From positions 840,534 through 904,533 of the forward strand of contig JALDTO010000208.1 of the NCBI GenBank assembly GCA_023515725.1: a DNA stretch of 64,000 nt, in the 5' to 3' direction. Source of the stretch: Amoeboaphelidium protococcarum X5. Its lineage: Eukaryota; Fungi; Aphelidiomycota. The notes beneath the pieces are model-generated. The model worked only from the letters and a program-made list of their open reading frames with translations. It ran no database searches and had not been told where the DNA came from. The translations under genes were made by a program, and so were the position numbers. Shown one piece after another: positions 12,059 through 27,144 of the stretch (the stretch's first letter is position 1; every line of letters starts with the position of its first letter).

Positions 12059-12992
12059 TCGTTTAAAATCAGTGTCTTAACCCATTGACGCCCGGTCGGG
12101 TCTGAGAAGCCCAAACACGGAAAATCCACTAAAATTGATTGAAACTTTTGGAAGAGTTGCTATCTGATAATTAAATACTCTATGTAAAAAGACATGCTGG
12201 GTTTTAATTCGAAATTTGTTTTTTCATATCATTTCTGGTTGATGTTTTAGTACGCGATCAGTTCCATGCTAAAGCCAGTATGTCATTGAGTATATGCCAA
12301 TTATCTAGACATTTATTTTGGCTGTAGATATAATTCCATAGATAACTACTTTACCACATACACCTGGTATAAATCTGAGTGTGCATCTAGGCGTTCTTGC
12401 GCATGACAAAAACGGGATATATTACCACTTGTACTGCATGGAGTACGGAGAAACAATTGTAGATACAATTGCGATTTGAGTCAGCTATTTCTCAATCCCG
12501 GTGCTATCTGTACAATTTACATATGAGACACATTAATTTGGATTGTAATATCATATTAAATAGCGCAACATCGCGTTAATTATCAACAAATAGATGGGCC
12601 CAATTCCATATGGTATGTTAAGAGATAGACTCGGATCTGTAGATTAAACCCGCTTATTCATCTTATAAAGTCCTGAATTAGCCCAGTAATTTTTGTTTTC
12701 ACCTTCCATCACCTATAGAACGTACAAGAAATTTTTTTACTATTTTTTGGGACTCACAAAGTGTAATTTGTGTACTATATTGATCTGGGCTTCTAAGACC
12801 CAACTTTGATTTTTCGTGCATTTTGTTTTTCGTCGCTTTTTTCGTTTGCGGGCGTCAATGGGTTAATACAGGGAATAGATTTATACATCGATTGCTTTCC
12901 TTTATATAACCAGTATTAGAATGCGTCTTGGAGCCAAGGAAAGAGGTTTATGAAGCTATATTTTCACATGAAGTATGTTATAAATATCAAAA

Positions 12993-13703
12993 TCACGCAG
13001 GAAGTTCAAAACGCTTTCCTCTGAGCACCTTGGTGAAGTAGAGATAAAAGAAATCTGCATACAGAGCAGTTTATACCACTCCCGCAACCCATGATATCCA
13101 GTCAGAGTAATGATTCTCAGTGGACAATCTCCAAATCCAATTCAAAATATATAATCCTCTATACGCACCGAGGGCGAACAGGTAATGCGTTGTAATCGTC
13201 TCAGCCTCGCCAGTTCTGGTCAACAGGAATAATTGAGGCACCACGGACACAGACTCCAGGAAGATTGAGAATGTCCAGAGTATCTCGAGCGGCGACCAAT
13301 TATAATGGAATAGCAGGGCTAGCAGAGCTGAAGGAACTAGTAGGAACTCGATTCTAAAAGTATCATACTGAGGATCGTATGTTGCACGGTACTTTCTAGT
13401 CATGAGATATAGAATGTAAGAGCTGCTGGCAATAAATATCATTTTCATTAGAGTATTGTATAGCGAGATAAAATGCACAAATAGATCCAGATACCGAGTG
13501 GTATAGACAACCGTATACAGAATTTATGTCTTTAAACTTATACCTACACACTAATAAAGTGGTGTTATACACAGAGTACTTTATAAACGAAAGTTTGAAA
13601 TCTCAAGCTTACCGGCAACAGAGCGAGACTTTTGCATCTTTAGTATTAGAATGATTATCGACGCAAGATGGAGTAAGTCTCCAAATAATCTAAATATATT
13701 CAT
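12993..13703 (-). CDS. ERD2: ER lumen protein-retaining (HDEL/KDEL) receptor; intron 13544-13612
   Basis: MNIFRLFGDLLHLASI...LWTFSIFLESVSVVPQLF...GEAETITTHYLFALGAYRGLY...VQTALYADFFYLY. Confidence 0.97.
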
Positions 13704-14196
13704 AGTCAGTGTGTTTTAGTTCAAATGATTTTATCGAGTCCAATTTACAATGCTACTGGAAATGTTCAAGAAATAGAAACGTGCGCTGTAAAAGAAGGAA
13801 CAATTGTCGCGTCTCCATCTGAAAATGTTCCGTTTCGAAATGCCGAGATGATTGAACAAGGGATTGATGTTTAAGGATGAGATGATGATGATGATAATCC
13901 TGTGCTGCAATAATATTAGCTTGTTTAATTTAAATAATAGAATTACGCCTGCAGAAGAATACTTTTTATTGTGAGGATTTAAGAGATAAACAACTGAATA
14001 AATGTTTAAGGTTCAATTTTTAAATGCAAAGGCATCAAAATCAGAATCGATATTATCCATGACAACGGTGAGATTGGTAGATATGGAGAGAGAATTTTAA
14101 ACATGATTTAAGTCAGTTCACTCACTCATAATCTTTCAACATTATTCATTAATTACTGCAGTATTAGGTTCGAATAATTAAACTAATCTCGATATA

Positions 14197-16957
14197 ATGC
14201 GTACAATTGAACCGACGCAATCAGAGTTGAAGAGTTTCGAGGTAGGCATTGATAACCGTGTTAGATTCAATTTAACCATGATTCTTCCAAACTTGTGTGT
14301 AGATTGTCGAATCAAAGCTGAAACAGTCGGGGTTTCAAACCGAAATAACAAGCGATTCAGTAAAGGAGAACGTGGCTTAGTAAGCTGATGGTGGATGGTT
14401 CCCTGGGTATTTTGAGCGCTATTTTCATCATGGCATCTGCAAGAATCATGAAACATATGTTGGTCATGACAGCCGGCTTGGTTACATTGCTATTTCTTTC
14501 ATTTAGGACTAGTCGCTCGGACTTGATTTTTACCGTGTTATTGTCAGAACATCGTTGAGTTGCGAGGCTTTCGTAGTGGATGCTAGTTAAATGCAGATCA
14601 AGAAGAAGAAGAGTAGTTCCAGAGCGTAACATATTTTGTAGGCAAGTATTAGTCAGTTTATGGCTGAGTACTGTGCCAAGATTATATCGAATTGCGAAAT
14701 TGATAGTTCAAGAGATCAGCTGGAATTTACGAATGAAGTCGATGCTGGTGCCATCGCGGCGTCACTCAAACAAGTGAATTACTTGGCAATCGCTCCGTAC
14801 TTGCTCAATTATGAATCAAATGTTTACCCACAGCGCATTGAACTTGATGTTATCCCAGTGTTTGAAAATGAAGATCATGCCAACTCTGCAACCTACAGTC
14901 TGTTTAATGATCTGATGGGGAAACGCGTTCAATCTCAATACGAATCATTTGATAGTTTGATGTCATCCAGTTCCAAGTCGCTGTCCAATTCCAAAGCGTC
15001 CTCTGTAAATGAGCAGAAGCGTGCTAGAATCTTGGACGAAATATACAACAATGAGCTGAATTATCTGCAACGATTGAAGATCTTGGAGTTTGATTTCAAG
15101 CAGGGACTGATCAAAGCCGAAATCATGACTATGGCTGAAGTTAATGAGATTATGCCCAAGAAGCTGCCTCACTTTATTGCCTTCCATGAGAAGATGATAG
15201 AAGCTATCAAGACCGGAATTGAACAGAATAACATTGCTTCATAGCTTGAGCCTTTGATGAAAGATTTAGCCATGTATGAGGCGTATGGTAAGGATTAGAA
15301 GTAGGTAGCGAGAGCACTAACCAGGACTAGATTGGATAATCAGGCATTGAACTAGTTCTTAGCGTCAGTATCAAAGTAGAAGCACGTTGAGCGACGTGAC
15401 ATTGATGATATTATGATTGAACCTGTGCAAAAGATACCGCGTTACGCGTTGTTGTTTAAAGAATTGCTCCGGTACACAGATATGGCGTCGGAAGAGTATG
15501 GCAAGATTGAGAGTCTAATCAAGTAGTTTGATGAAGTGGCTAAAGCTATCAATAGAGCTGTTGCCGAGCAAGAGGGCATGTTATAGATTCATCAGTTACA
15601 ATAGTCAATCTAGAATTGCCCACCCGAGATTATCAGTGCCTCTAGGAAGATAATCGGAACTTTTGCAATCTCTGAGATTTGCTTTCAACAGCAGGATATT
15701 CCTATGGCTGGTATATTATACTTGATGAGCGACTCTATTCTTGTCACTCAAGTGTAGAAAGTAAAGAAAAGTGCAAAGGAAAGTGGCTCCAATGAGAGTT
15801 TTGTGGCCTTCTATGAATATAAGGATTGCATTATCACAAGCTTGGATCAAGAGCAGCATGCTGGCGGTATCAGAATTGAGGCGTTCATGGACAGGCAGCG
15901 GAGCAGGGTGAGTAAGAGTCCCGTGATTTAGTAAAAAGACAGTGCTGATAATTGGAGAAACGTGTAAAACTGCACCTTCTTTTGCAAACAATTTTAGGTT
16001 GTGGAAATCGAGAAATTCTTATCTGCGTACAGAGCCTAGCTGTAGCTTAAGTATCCAATATAGACTTTTAAGGATTGCGTAACTATGGTATGTCAAGGTG
16101 AGGACAATTACGAAATCGTTTCCCACATTGCAAAGACTGAAGGTAAAGCGATTAGTGCAGTAGCTCCAAAATCTTAAATTGCTTTAATTTACACTGACAA
16201 TGTGAGCCGTGTATCCAAGTCGCTTGCTTAAATTGCGGATCGATATGAGTATATTGGTGTGATAGAAGGCCATGCTGAAAAGTTTAGAATGCTTATCGGA
16301 TAGAAAGGACACAGATTTGAAGATGTCAGCGGTGCTAGTTGCCTATTTACTACTGAATTTTGGTGGAGTAACGTGGACGATTTTGCTTCTCTGCTTTAGA
16401 ACAATATTAAATTTCTGTACAACTCAAGTAAGCGTAACGATTTGGATAAGTTGAAGTGTGATGAAGCTGTGAGACAGAAGCGACTGCATCAATTGGTATG
16501 GCAGTTTGGGAAGTTGAAGAAATCCTTAGATCTTCCACCAGCTATGGACACTTATACGCTGACGCGGGCATTTAGTGTCTTGCGCACCAGAAGAGATTCG
16601 GTCAATACTGGAAACCAGTCCTCCGAAGGTACTTGGTCTCAGAATTAGAGCTTATAGGGATCTCATCAATCATGCAATCCGTACCTTGTTGACAAGTCTG
16701 ATTCGATGAGCATAAAAAGTGTTGCCATGTTCCCGCGTCTGTCCCTCACCAAAACCGTTAAACACCGCGTCACTGCTAGTAGAGAGTCTATTCTGTCTTT
16801 CATGCAGCCTAATCACAAGTCTGTGCCAGCATCAAGAAGATAGAGTCAGAGGAGTGATAAGTCTGATGAGAAGCCGAACATGTTCTCCTGCCCATCTTCA
16901 CCTATGAATGATGAAAGCACTGACAAGAACGCGATCCGCAAGTCTTGCGAAATTTGA
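14197..16957 (+). CDS. Dbl-family RhoGEF (DH-PH) with N-terminal degenerate RapGAP-like segment; intron 14242-14302; 5' end uncertain
   Basis: DH motifs KRARILDEIYNNELNYLQRL and DIDDIMIEPVQKIPRYALLFKELLRYT; PH-like LYLMSDSILVTQ; N-terminal HETYVGHDSRLGYIAISF..YRVIVRT. Confidence 0.8.
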
Positions 16958-17128
16958 ATTGTCCTGTTAAATGTCGTAAGCGATACTTGTGATGATTATA
17001 AAGATTATAGAAGAAATTGTTTTGATTAATTTTGACTTGCTTTATTTTTCTATTCCAGACTTTGACAGCCTTTGGACTGTATTTCGAGTGACTCGTGGTC
17101 TCTCATTGATTTCTCTTAGCAACGCAAA

Positions 17129-19009
17129 ATGGGCAAAAAAGCATCAGGTAGGATAAGAAAGAGATTCAATCCGATTAAACGCGTCAATCCGGATAAGGAT
17201 TCCACCAGCTAACTGAGTGACAATGCAAGTGATATTGTAAAGATTAGGAGTCACCTTCTGTCTGGCAGTGAGGCTGCGATTGGCGAGGCTTTGTCCAATC
17301 TGGTGACAGCTTGTGAGAATCACGAGAATGTCAAGCCTATAGTAAAGCATGGAGTTTTGAATTGGTTGATAGAAGCTGTATCATCATCTTAAATTGTGGA
17401 AGCAGTATCTATTAAGTGTCTCTAATCTTTACACGCTTTGGCCAGTCTTCCATAGGAGGCACCTATTAAGTAACTGCTGGATGCTGATATTCATTCTGTA
17501 TTGAATGGCATACTGCAATCATCGCACAATGATATATTATCGGAATATAGTGTGAAGATATTGGTAGAGCTATGCTATGCTGTAGAGAATTCTTACGCGT
17601 TGATAGATGAACGTACTTTACTGGAACTGATGTAGAGAACGTAGAATCAGATTATAATTGGTTCCATCTTGGAACTAGTAATGCTTAATTGCTAGACTAA
17701 ATAAGAGTACTCTGAGCTGGTGAACACCTCATTACACGATATGCGCAGTAAAGTTGATTAACAGTAACGCGTCCTACTTGAATGTTGTATAATTGAAAAC
17801 TTGTGCCACGCCGAGACTTATCCATCAAATGTTTAGTTATCAGTGGAATTCTTTCTCAACTTCTTACATGAGCAGTTTAGTGAAATGGAAAACGTGCATA
17901 GATTTAGTAATTTGTGCCCGGTATTTGAATATTTGGCTGATATATTTGAGTCTAATGAGGATGAAGAGCTGGACGAGGAAGAGGTTGTTGATGATATGGA
18001 AGACGATGATGTGATAAACTAGGATGAGGTTATGATTGATAATGTTGAAGATGCTGCGATTGTTAAGATTGTCGACGGGGGACTTGTCGATTACTTGCGC
18101 TCTTCATTAATTAGTTCTAAATCATTCTAGAGTGTGTTGAGTAGCCTTCCATCTCAAGAGGTGCTAGTGGATTTGAAGTCTTTATGTACGTTGACTAGTT
18201 TCATCTGCAGTTTACTCAGTGACGCGTAGAGCATCAAGTTGGATTGGAATATATTTCTGGAAACACTAAATAGTATTTCTTAAGTAGTTACCTCTGTATA
18301 GGAAGTTTAGAGGAGAGTTTTGGTACTGCTTTGTTGCTCTGAGGTATGTTCCGTGGTCAGCGCGTTATTGCTTTCTATTGGAGGTTCTACATCTAGCGAT
18401 TAAGTAACTAGTCAATTGCTGTTGGTGTTTGAGAGCTTATACTAATTGACTGTATCAGAAGATTTGAACAACTATAATACTAATCGCTCAATGAGTTAGA
18501 TTGTTTTGGCAATAAGAACTAATCTCATTTCACTGTTAGATGTAATTGTCTAGTCGCCATGTCTGAATGAATAGCAGTTGAAGTGTATCTCGTTATTTAT
18601 GGTCAACTGCATTGAATCATAGGTCGGCTCTGGTAATTCCACTCAACTGTCTCAATACTCTCCCACTGTTCTCAGTGAGGTAATCAACGCGTTCATAGAC
18701 TTGTACGGGCCTGATACGTATAACTAGTTTTATGCTGATAACATTTGCTTACACAAGAAGTTGAAAGCTCTCTCTGGAACGATTAAAGCTAGAGTGAAGG
18801 CTATAAATCCAAGATAGTCGAACGCGTCTAATTATCAGGAGTAGTTAAGCTGTCAGGTGGCGTAAGATTTATAATTGTCAGATATGGCTGTGATTGACTA
18901 TGTGGCTCAAGCAGTGGATGTTGATTACCGCAATGCTAGATTGAGATTGTCTGAGATGCACTAGAATTTGGTGAGATTTTTAAAGTACAAGGACTAGCAA
19001 TTGAAGTGA
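17129..19009 (+). CDS. ARM/HEAT repeat protein, Syo1/HEATR3-like symportin
   Basis: Basic N-terminus MGKKASGRIRKRFNP, acidic loop, C-terminal SEVINAFIDLYG...NLVRFLKYK. Confidence 0.7.
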
Positions 19010-19270
19010 GAAAAAACTTGAATTTAAAGAGATACTGAATCAATGCTATCAACAATATACTAATGACTTTGATGGTATATATAGCTTTGCACTTGACAAC
19101 TATGGTTTCTATAAAGAACGCCTTTTAATAGGAAGACTATTGGTTTGTTTCACTATTAAACGCGCTTGTTTCAAGAACTTTCAACTGCTACGAGAGACGT
19201 TGTTTAATGAACTTCGATCACGTCTACCCATCTACTTTAACTAGAGAAATTGACTCTCAATTAAACTGAA

Positions 19271-19924
19271 ATGTAGTATGAAAAGAGGCTATACAAGTAT
19301 CTTCAGCTTTAATAAAAGTAAAGTCATGAGTCGTGTGACTAAAACTGTGATATGTACTTTAGATAGTCAGCCAGCTCATCTCGATCGTTTGCATCTGGTT
19401 CCCAGGTGGCATCAACCAAATATACTTCGCCATCATGGTCTGACTTAACTGCTTCCAATTTGTAAAATGGTTAAACTGACTAGTAAGAAAAGTTAGAGAG
19501 TATCTGTGATTATACAACTGGTTCGTGTTAAACATCAATGCTGGACATTCTCGAAGAATTATTGGTTGATTACCAAAACGCTTGTACTTGGTTATCTCAA
19601 CGCGACAATAATGTCAAAGTAAAGTAAGTATGTTTAAACGAAGATATCTACACGCCAATAAGCTGTCGTACTCCTGAATTTTACAATTCAACAAGTAAAG
19701 GACGTCTTACTAGAAGTAATGGTGAGTAATAGCTGAAAGAACGAGGATATTCCTCTGAGGAAATTGATGAAACGTTGTACTTTACACCCCAATCTAATAG
19801 AACTGGAGCCGTTAACAATACCTTACAGCTTGCAGAAAGGATAAGATTAAGTAAAAATGAGCTCAAAAGTATTGATGAACAACTTGCCAATTTAAGTGCA
19901 AGGCTAAAATTACGCGATCTCTGA
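19271..19924 (+). CDS. Hypothetical protein (~217 aa, C-terminal coiled coil)
   Basis: Open frame under TAR=Gln ending in TGA; no recognised motif; start uncertain. Confidence 0.4.
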
Positions 19925-20184
19925 ATTAATAATCTATATACAGTTTTAATGAATGAACGGCTTGGTTATTACTCGTTTATAGTGCCAATTGTCGCGTCGG
20001 TTGCCGGCCAATAGAAAGACCGCGCGAATCGATCGTGTTCTTTCAAAGTGCCGCGTCCAATTGGCAGAACTTTTTTTCGTTATTGTCACTTGTGTACTCT
20101 TGAGAGATAGTTTGCTACTTTCATTTTATTTATTTCTCTCCTCATTTAAACTTGGATTGAAAACAATTAAATAGCGCTATTAGA

Positions 20185-22230
<2,046 letters not shown>

Positions 22231-22520
22231 TTTGCATTATCAAATCTCGGAGGTAATTTTACTGAACAAGCAAAATATACTAAAGTATCGCTATAATTAG
22301 TTATAAAGGTTTACTTGGACTTGCCTTATCATTGAGGTGCAGTATATAACCAACAATCTAACACTTAAAAACCAGAATTCCATAAAATATTAGTCATTCA
22401 GTGCGACACTGTTGTTTAAGAATCAACTCCATAGAGCGCAGCGCAGCTTAAAGAAGACCATCAGTAAAGGAAGAACTTCCAGAAAAAAATGAGGTTAATC
22501 AATTTATTAAATATTAAAAT

Positions 22521-23684
22521 TCAGAGCTTACTGTGACTTTCGAATAAATGCATCAGTTTCAAAATAAATTCCTTTTGAGGTTAATTGTAACCCTCACATA
22601 ATGGGATGTCAATACCAAGAATAATAGCAGTCGTGTCATATATCTCTTTCGCCCGAGCCTCATCTCTAAATTGATAGATAATTGAAGTGAATCCTTTAGT
22701 CAAGAGTTTCGCGTAATAGCTCGAGTTGAACTCTTACTGAGCCCACATTGACAAAATCTTGAGAAGATAGACGACTTCTTTAGGAACTGCGGATGTGACA
22801 TTCTGATCAAACTGAACCATTTTCTTTAAAACATCAGCCACCTTGTTAATATATTCATCACATTCTTAAGGAAATTGTTCAATGTCCAACGCGCGTATAC
22901 CAGGATCAATATTTATCAAATCAACAACCAGATTAAAGTTATTCTCATTTCCATCCAGATTACTTTCGTTGGCTCTGATCACGGTGTGCATATTACCAGG
23001 ATTACCTTGATTCTCCCAAATGAACGGAATCCGATCGCCATTGTTCAGCATCACATCGAGAGCTAGAATTTTCCCCAGTGACGTGATCATCTCATCGTAA
23101 TTTTTGATTGATAAATTTTTCAACTCTTGCACCCCACACCCGGGCACGTACTCCATTGCAAGAACATATAGATACTCACTCAAGCGCATAGTGACCATAT
23201 TCTTGTCCTACTTGGCTATACACGTAATCAAGTGATCAGTTGACTCATCAGCCGTTCTGAGTAAAACAAAGCGCGGCGTCGGCACTTGAAACAACAGGCT
23301 GATCAGCGACGCCGTGACCTCATCGTAAAGTGAATGAGCACCGGGTTTCAGCACAAAACTTCCACAATTCAGCTGTACAAAGAAAACTCCCACCGAGCCG
23401 GTCGCGCTTCTCTCCACGCCTTCAACGAAAACCGCCTTGGTCGCAGAAGATGGAGAGGATGAATCACCGTTATGTGGTAGCTCCTGATCAGATTGCTATT
23501 CACCTTCCACCATCTAATCATTGTTATCGACAGCGCGAACTTTACTGAAATCAAGCAGACTGCGCAGAGGATGCTGATTCTTGAAATCAAATTTAAATGA
23601 AGAATCTAAAGACGTTTTCCACTTGTATTACTTCTTCTCCGCCTTCTTCTTCTTCCCCGCATCCGTACCAAATTTAGATTGCAT
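22521..23684 (-). CDS. Actin-fragmin kinase-like atypical protein kinase
   Basis: ERSATGSVGVFFV..FVLK, LAMEYVPG and LGKILALDVMLNNGDRIPFIWENQGNPGN match the AFK catalytic-domain pattern. Confidence 0.75.
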
Positions 23685-24057
23685 CAGCTTGATATTTTCA
23701 CACACTGAAGGATGTTATAGCTGCGACCACCACACATCTTCATCATTATGTTTAATAATTTTATTTTATATATTCCACAATGTCTATCCAAGACTAGAAA
23801 TCATTTTACAAATTTTGAAGGATTCGTGATTATTAGTAAAACTTGGCAATTGATTGTGACAGCAAAAGAGAAGCAGGGACTAACGTCTTTTGGACAAGTT
23901 AAAAAGACAAAGAGATCGCGTGTGTGTTCGTTCAAACAGAGAACGGAGCTTTTGAAATCCTCACTTACTCTTACTGTCCGCTGTAAAGTTCAGACGTTTA
24001 CCGCGTTCCGTTCAACTTCGAATTATAGTACTGTACTTGAAAGCACTTTCAACTGAC

Positions 24058-25333
24058 ATGGAGGCCTTGATTAATTAACCTGTTGTTATTGACAATGTAA
24101 GTTCAATTCATTTAGTTCCTATTTCAATATCCATTTAATATGCATTTTAAATCACGTGTAGGGAAGTGGAGTGTTAAAATGTGGACTTGCTGGGGCTGAG
24201 CAGCCATCCCATGTCATACCGTCAATGTAAGAGTCTTTGTAGCACAAACAAGTTCATAAACTAGATTCCCAATATATGTGTTGATTTGAGGTGTATGTAG
24301 CATAGGAAGACCGAAACATACGCGAATTATGGCTGGATCTTTGAGTTAAGATGTTCTCATAGGAATGGATGCGTTAAATAATAGAGGACTCTGTCGCATC
24401 AATTATCCTCTTTAACATGGTATTACGGAGTCTTGGAGTGATCAGGAGCTATTATGGTCACACGCGTACCAGCAGATGGGAATTAACTGTGAAGATCATC
24501 CTCTGCTGATCACTGAGGCACCTCTGAACCCGCGACGAAATCGAGATTTAATGGCCCAGGTGCTGTTTGAGACATTTAATGTCCCGGCTCTGTACGTATC
24601 TCTCCAAGCTGTACTGGCACTGTATGCTTCAGGTAGAACTACAGGTGTCGTTCTGGATATAGGTGATGGAACTTCCCATTGTGTGCCCATATATGAAGGA
24701 TTCGCCATTCCTCAAGCTATTCATCGTGTAAATATAGCTGGTCGTGATGTCACTAATTATATGGCTCATCTGCTTCGTCGTGGTGATGCTTGTAAAGCAC
24801 TAGACTTCTGGACCAGTGCAGAGATGGATCTGTGTAGAACAATCAAAGAAAAGTGTTCTTATGTGGCGTCTTTCGGTCAACTTGGTCCTCAGTAGTCTCA
24901 TTTACATGACATTGACTATGAGGAGTATGTCTTGCCGGATGGTCAGGTTGTTAAAATTGGCAGTGAACGATACTTGGCACCTGAGATCTTGTTCAAGCCA
25001 GAGATTGTCGGCTCAGAGTGTGTTGGCGTACATGAGATGTTAGTGAACTCAATCAACAAGGTTGATCTGGATTTGAGGAGACTTTTATACGAGAATATTA
25101 TACTGTCTGGTGGTACAACATTGCTGAAAGGATTCGGAAGTAGACTACTAGCAGAGGTAAAGCAGGTGTCTATGCGCGATGTAAAAATCAAGATATTTGC
25201 TCCACCCGAGCGCAAGTACTCTACGTGGATTGGTGGCTCCATTTTAGCTTCTTTGAGCACTTTCAAGAAACTCTGGATAACTGCGGAGGAGTACGAGGAA
25301 GATCCGGAGGTCATCCATAAAAAGTTCATGTGA
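24058..25333 (+). CDS. ARP1: Actin-related protein Arp1/centractin (introns ~24097-24161, ~24227-24300)
   Basis: NQPVVIDN|[69 protein letters not shown]. Confidence 0.95.
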
Positions 25334-25428
25334 TTTCAAGTTTCAAGTAAGTGCATCTTAAAAAACTTTTTAGCTATATACTCACAATCATATTATATGA
25401 TAATCCATGTGCGCAATATAACCAACTC

Positions 25429-26499
25429 TCAATTTCCATTCTCAATCTCAGCGATAAGGTCAAGAATATCTTTACGCTGACCCTCCACGCGATAAACGCT
25501 TACATTTCTCTTGATAATATCAATGACACTACCCAACAGACGGTCAAAGGCTTTCCTGTCGAGAGTGGCACACTTCAAACGTCCATTCACAGCCTTTACA
25601 GTGGCTGCCCGCGGCTTATTGAATAGCAGAGCCAACTCACCAAAGTAGTCACCCTTCTTCAAATGTTTAACCTGGTTCTCTACTCCTTGATCATTCTTCT
25701 ATAGCACAACAGCCTCGCCACTCTCAATAATGTAGAAATTATCACCGGCATCTCCCTGCTTCATGACCATCTGCTCATCTTCAAAAGTGACACTCTCTAG
25801 AGCATCAGCAATCTTGAATCTCTCATAAGACTCCAGTCCTTTCAACAACTGGACTTCCTCAAGAAACTGTTCATACATACGACGCTTCTTGCTGGTGGAG
25901 TCCATCAGAATTCTTCTAAACGTCACTCTGTCTAGAGCCCACAGAACGCAATCACTTGATGCTTTCACCGTGGCCGCTCTATTGGCATTATACATCAGAG
26001 CCAATTCACCAAAAGAGCCACCTGCTGAATAGTCGGTCACTTTAGTAGGCTAATTGTTGTTCAAAGATGGACGCTGCACATACACATCCAATGTACCAGT
26101 CTCCACAATGTAAAAGTAATCTCCGACATCGCCCTGCTTTATAACTTCATCACCACTGTTAAATCTCTTCTCAGCCATGGCATCCACAACATCTTTATAC
26201 TGCTCTTCATCCAGATTTCTAAACAGAAAGTTGTTCATCACAGCAGCCTTGATGCGCTACTTCTGATCATCACTCTTCGGGATGACCACCTTCTCCGCAG
26301 GCACATTTCGGCCATTAAGAGCACTAGATGGAGCCATAGACTCTGCACTGACCGACACTCTGCGACCACCTCGGTATGCATTAGATGCAAATTGCGGGAT
26401 AGGTGAAGCAGAATCAACCTCATCGTCAGAGCTGTCACTACCATTTCCATTCGCCTTCTTAATCTAAGGTGGATAATTGCTCAAATCAGTAGCACTCAT
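25429..26499 (-). CDS. cAMP-dependent protein kinase regulatory subunit
   Basis: Inhibitor site RRVSVSAES; two cNMP-binding domains (SFGELALMYNANRAAT, YFGELALLFNKPRAAT). Confidence 0.95.
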
Positions 26500-27144
26500 A
26501 TTATTATAGTATATATTTAGTATTAAATTGTACCGCTGTTAAATAATTATGAAATTGATGATATCAAAGTGCTAGTGAATACCGCTGGAGTTGTTGTTGT
26601 TTGAACCAGAGAGGATCAACCAAGAAGAAACGATTGGAGAGAAAGTTGAAACGGTCGGGACATCGCGTGGTTAATTACAGTACTGTATGTGGAATTAGCT
26701 TGATCCGGGCTACCATTCCAATATATGCTTTTGATGTTTTATAGAGTGATTATTGCTAGATCAGTAATTTCATGATCCATTATGCCCGGGTAATCACTGG
26801 CCTAATTGTTGTTTTCTAGAGGCACTACTCGTTGATTTAATGTCAAGTTTGAGTCGTGGAATCATCCAATCATAGGGAACTTGAGCCAATACAAAAGCGC
26901 GCTGTGGTGGAGGATTGCACGCAACTAAATGAAGTATAACAAGTCACCAAGACGTATGGCATTGAAAAATCTGGTTATAGTTGATGATTCTGTTAACTAA
27001 AAAGCAAAATCACTAAAACATCGACTTTATTAATTTTATTACCGAATGTGCTATTTTGCAATTTACCGTATCTCATTCATTCTTAAATGTGCAATTATCA
27101 TAATTCATTTGTTTTTAAATTTGCATATACTTTCTGATAGACCA

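Noticed and set aside
12190-12720. Possible small gene between the Rpc37-like gene and ERD2
   Set aside because: All frames are interrupted by TGA and show no recognisable motif.
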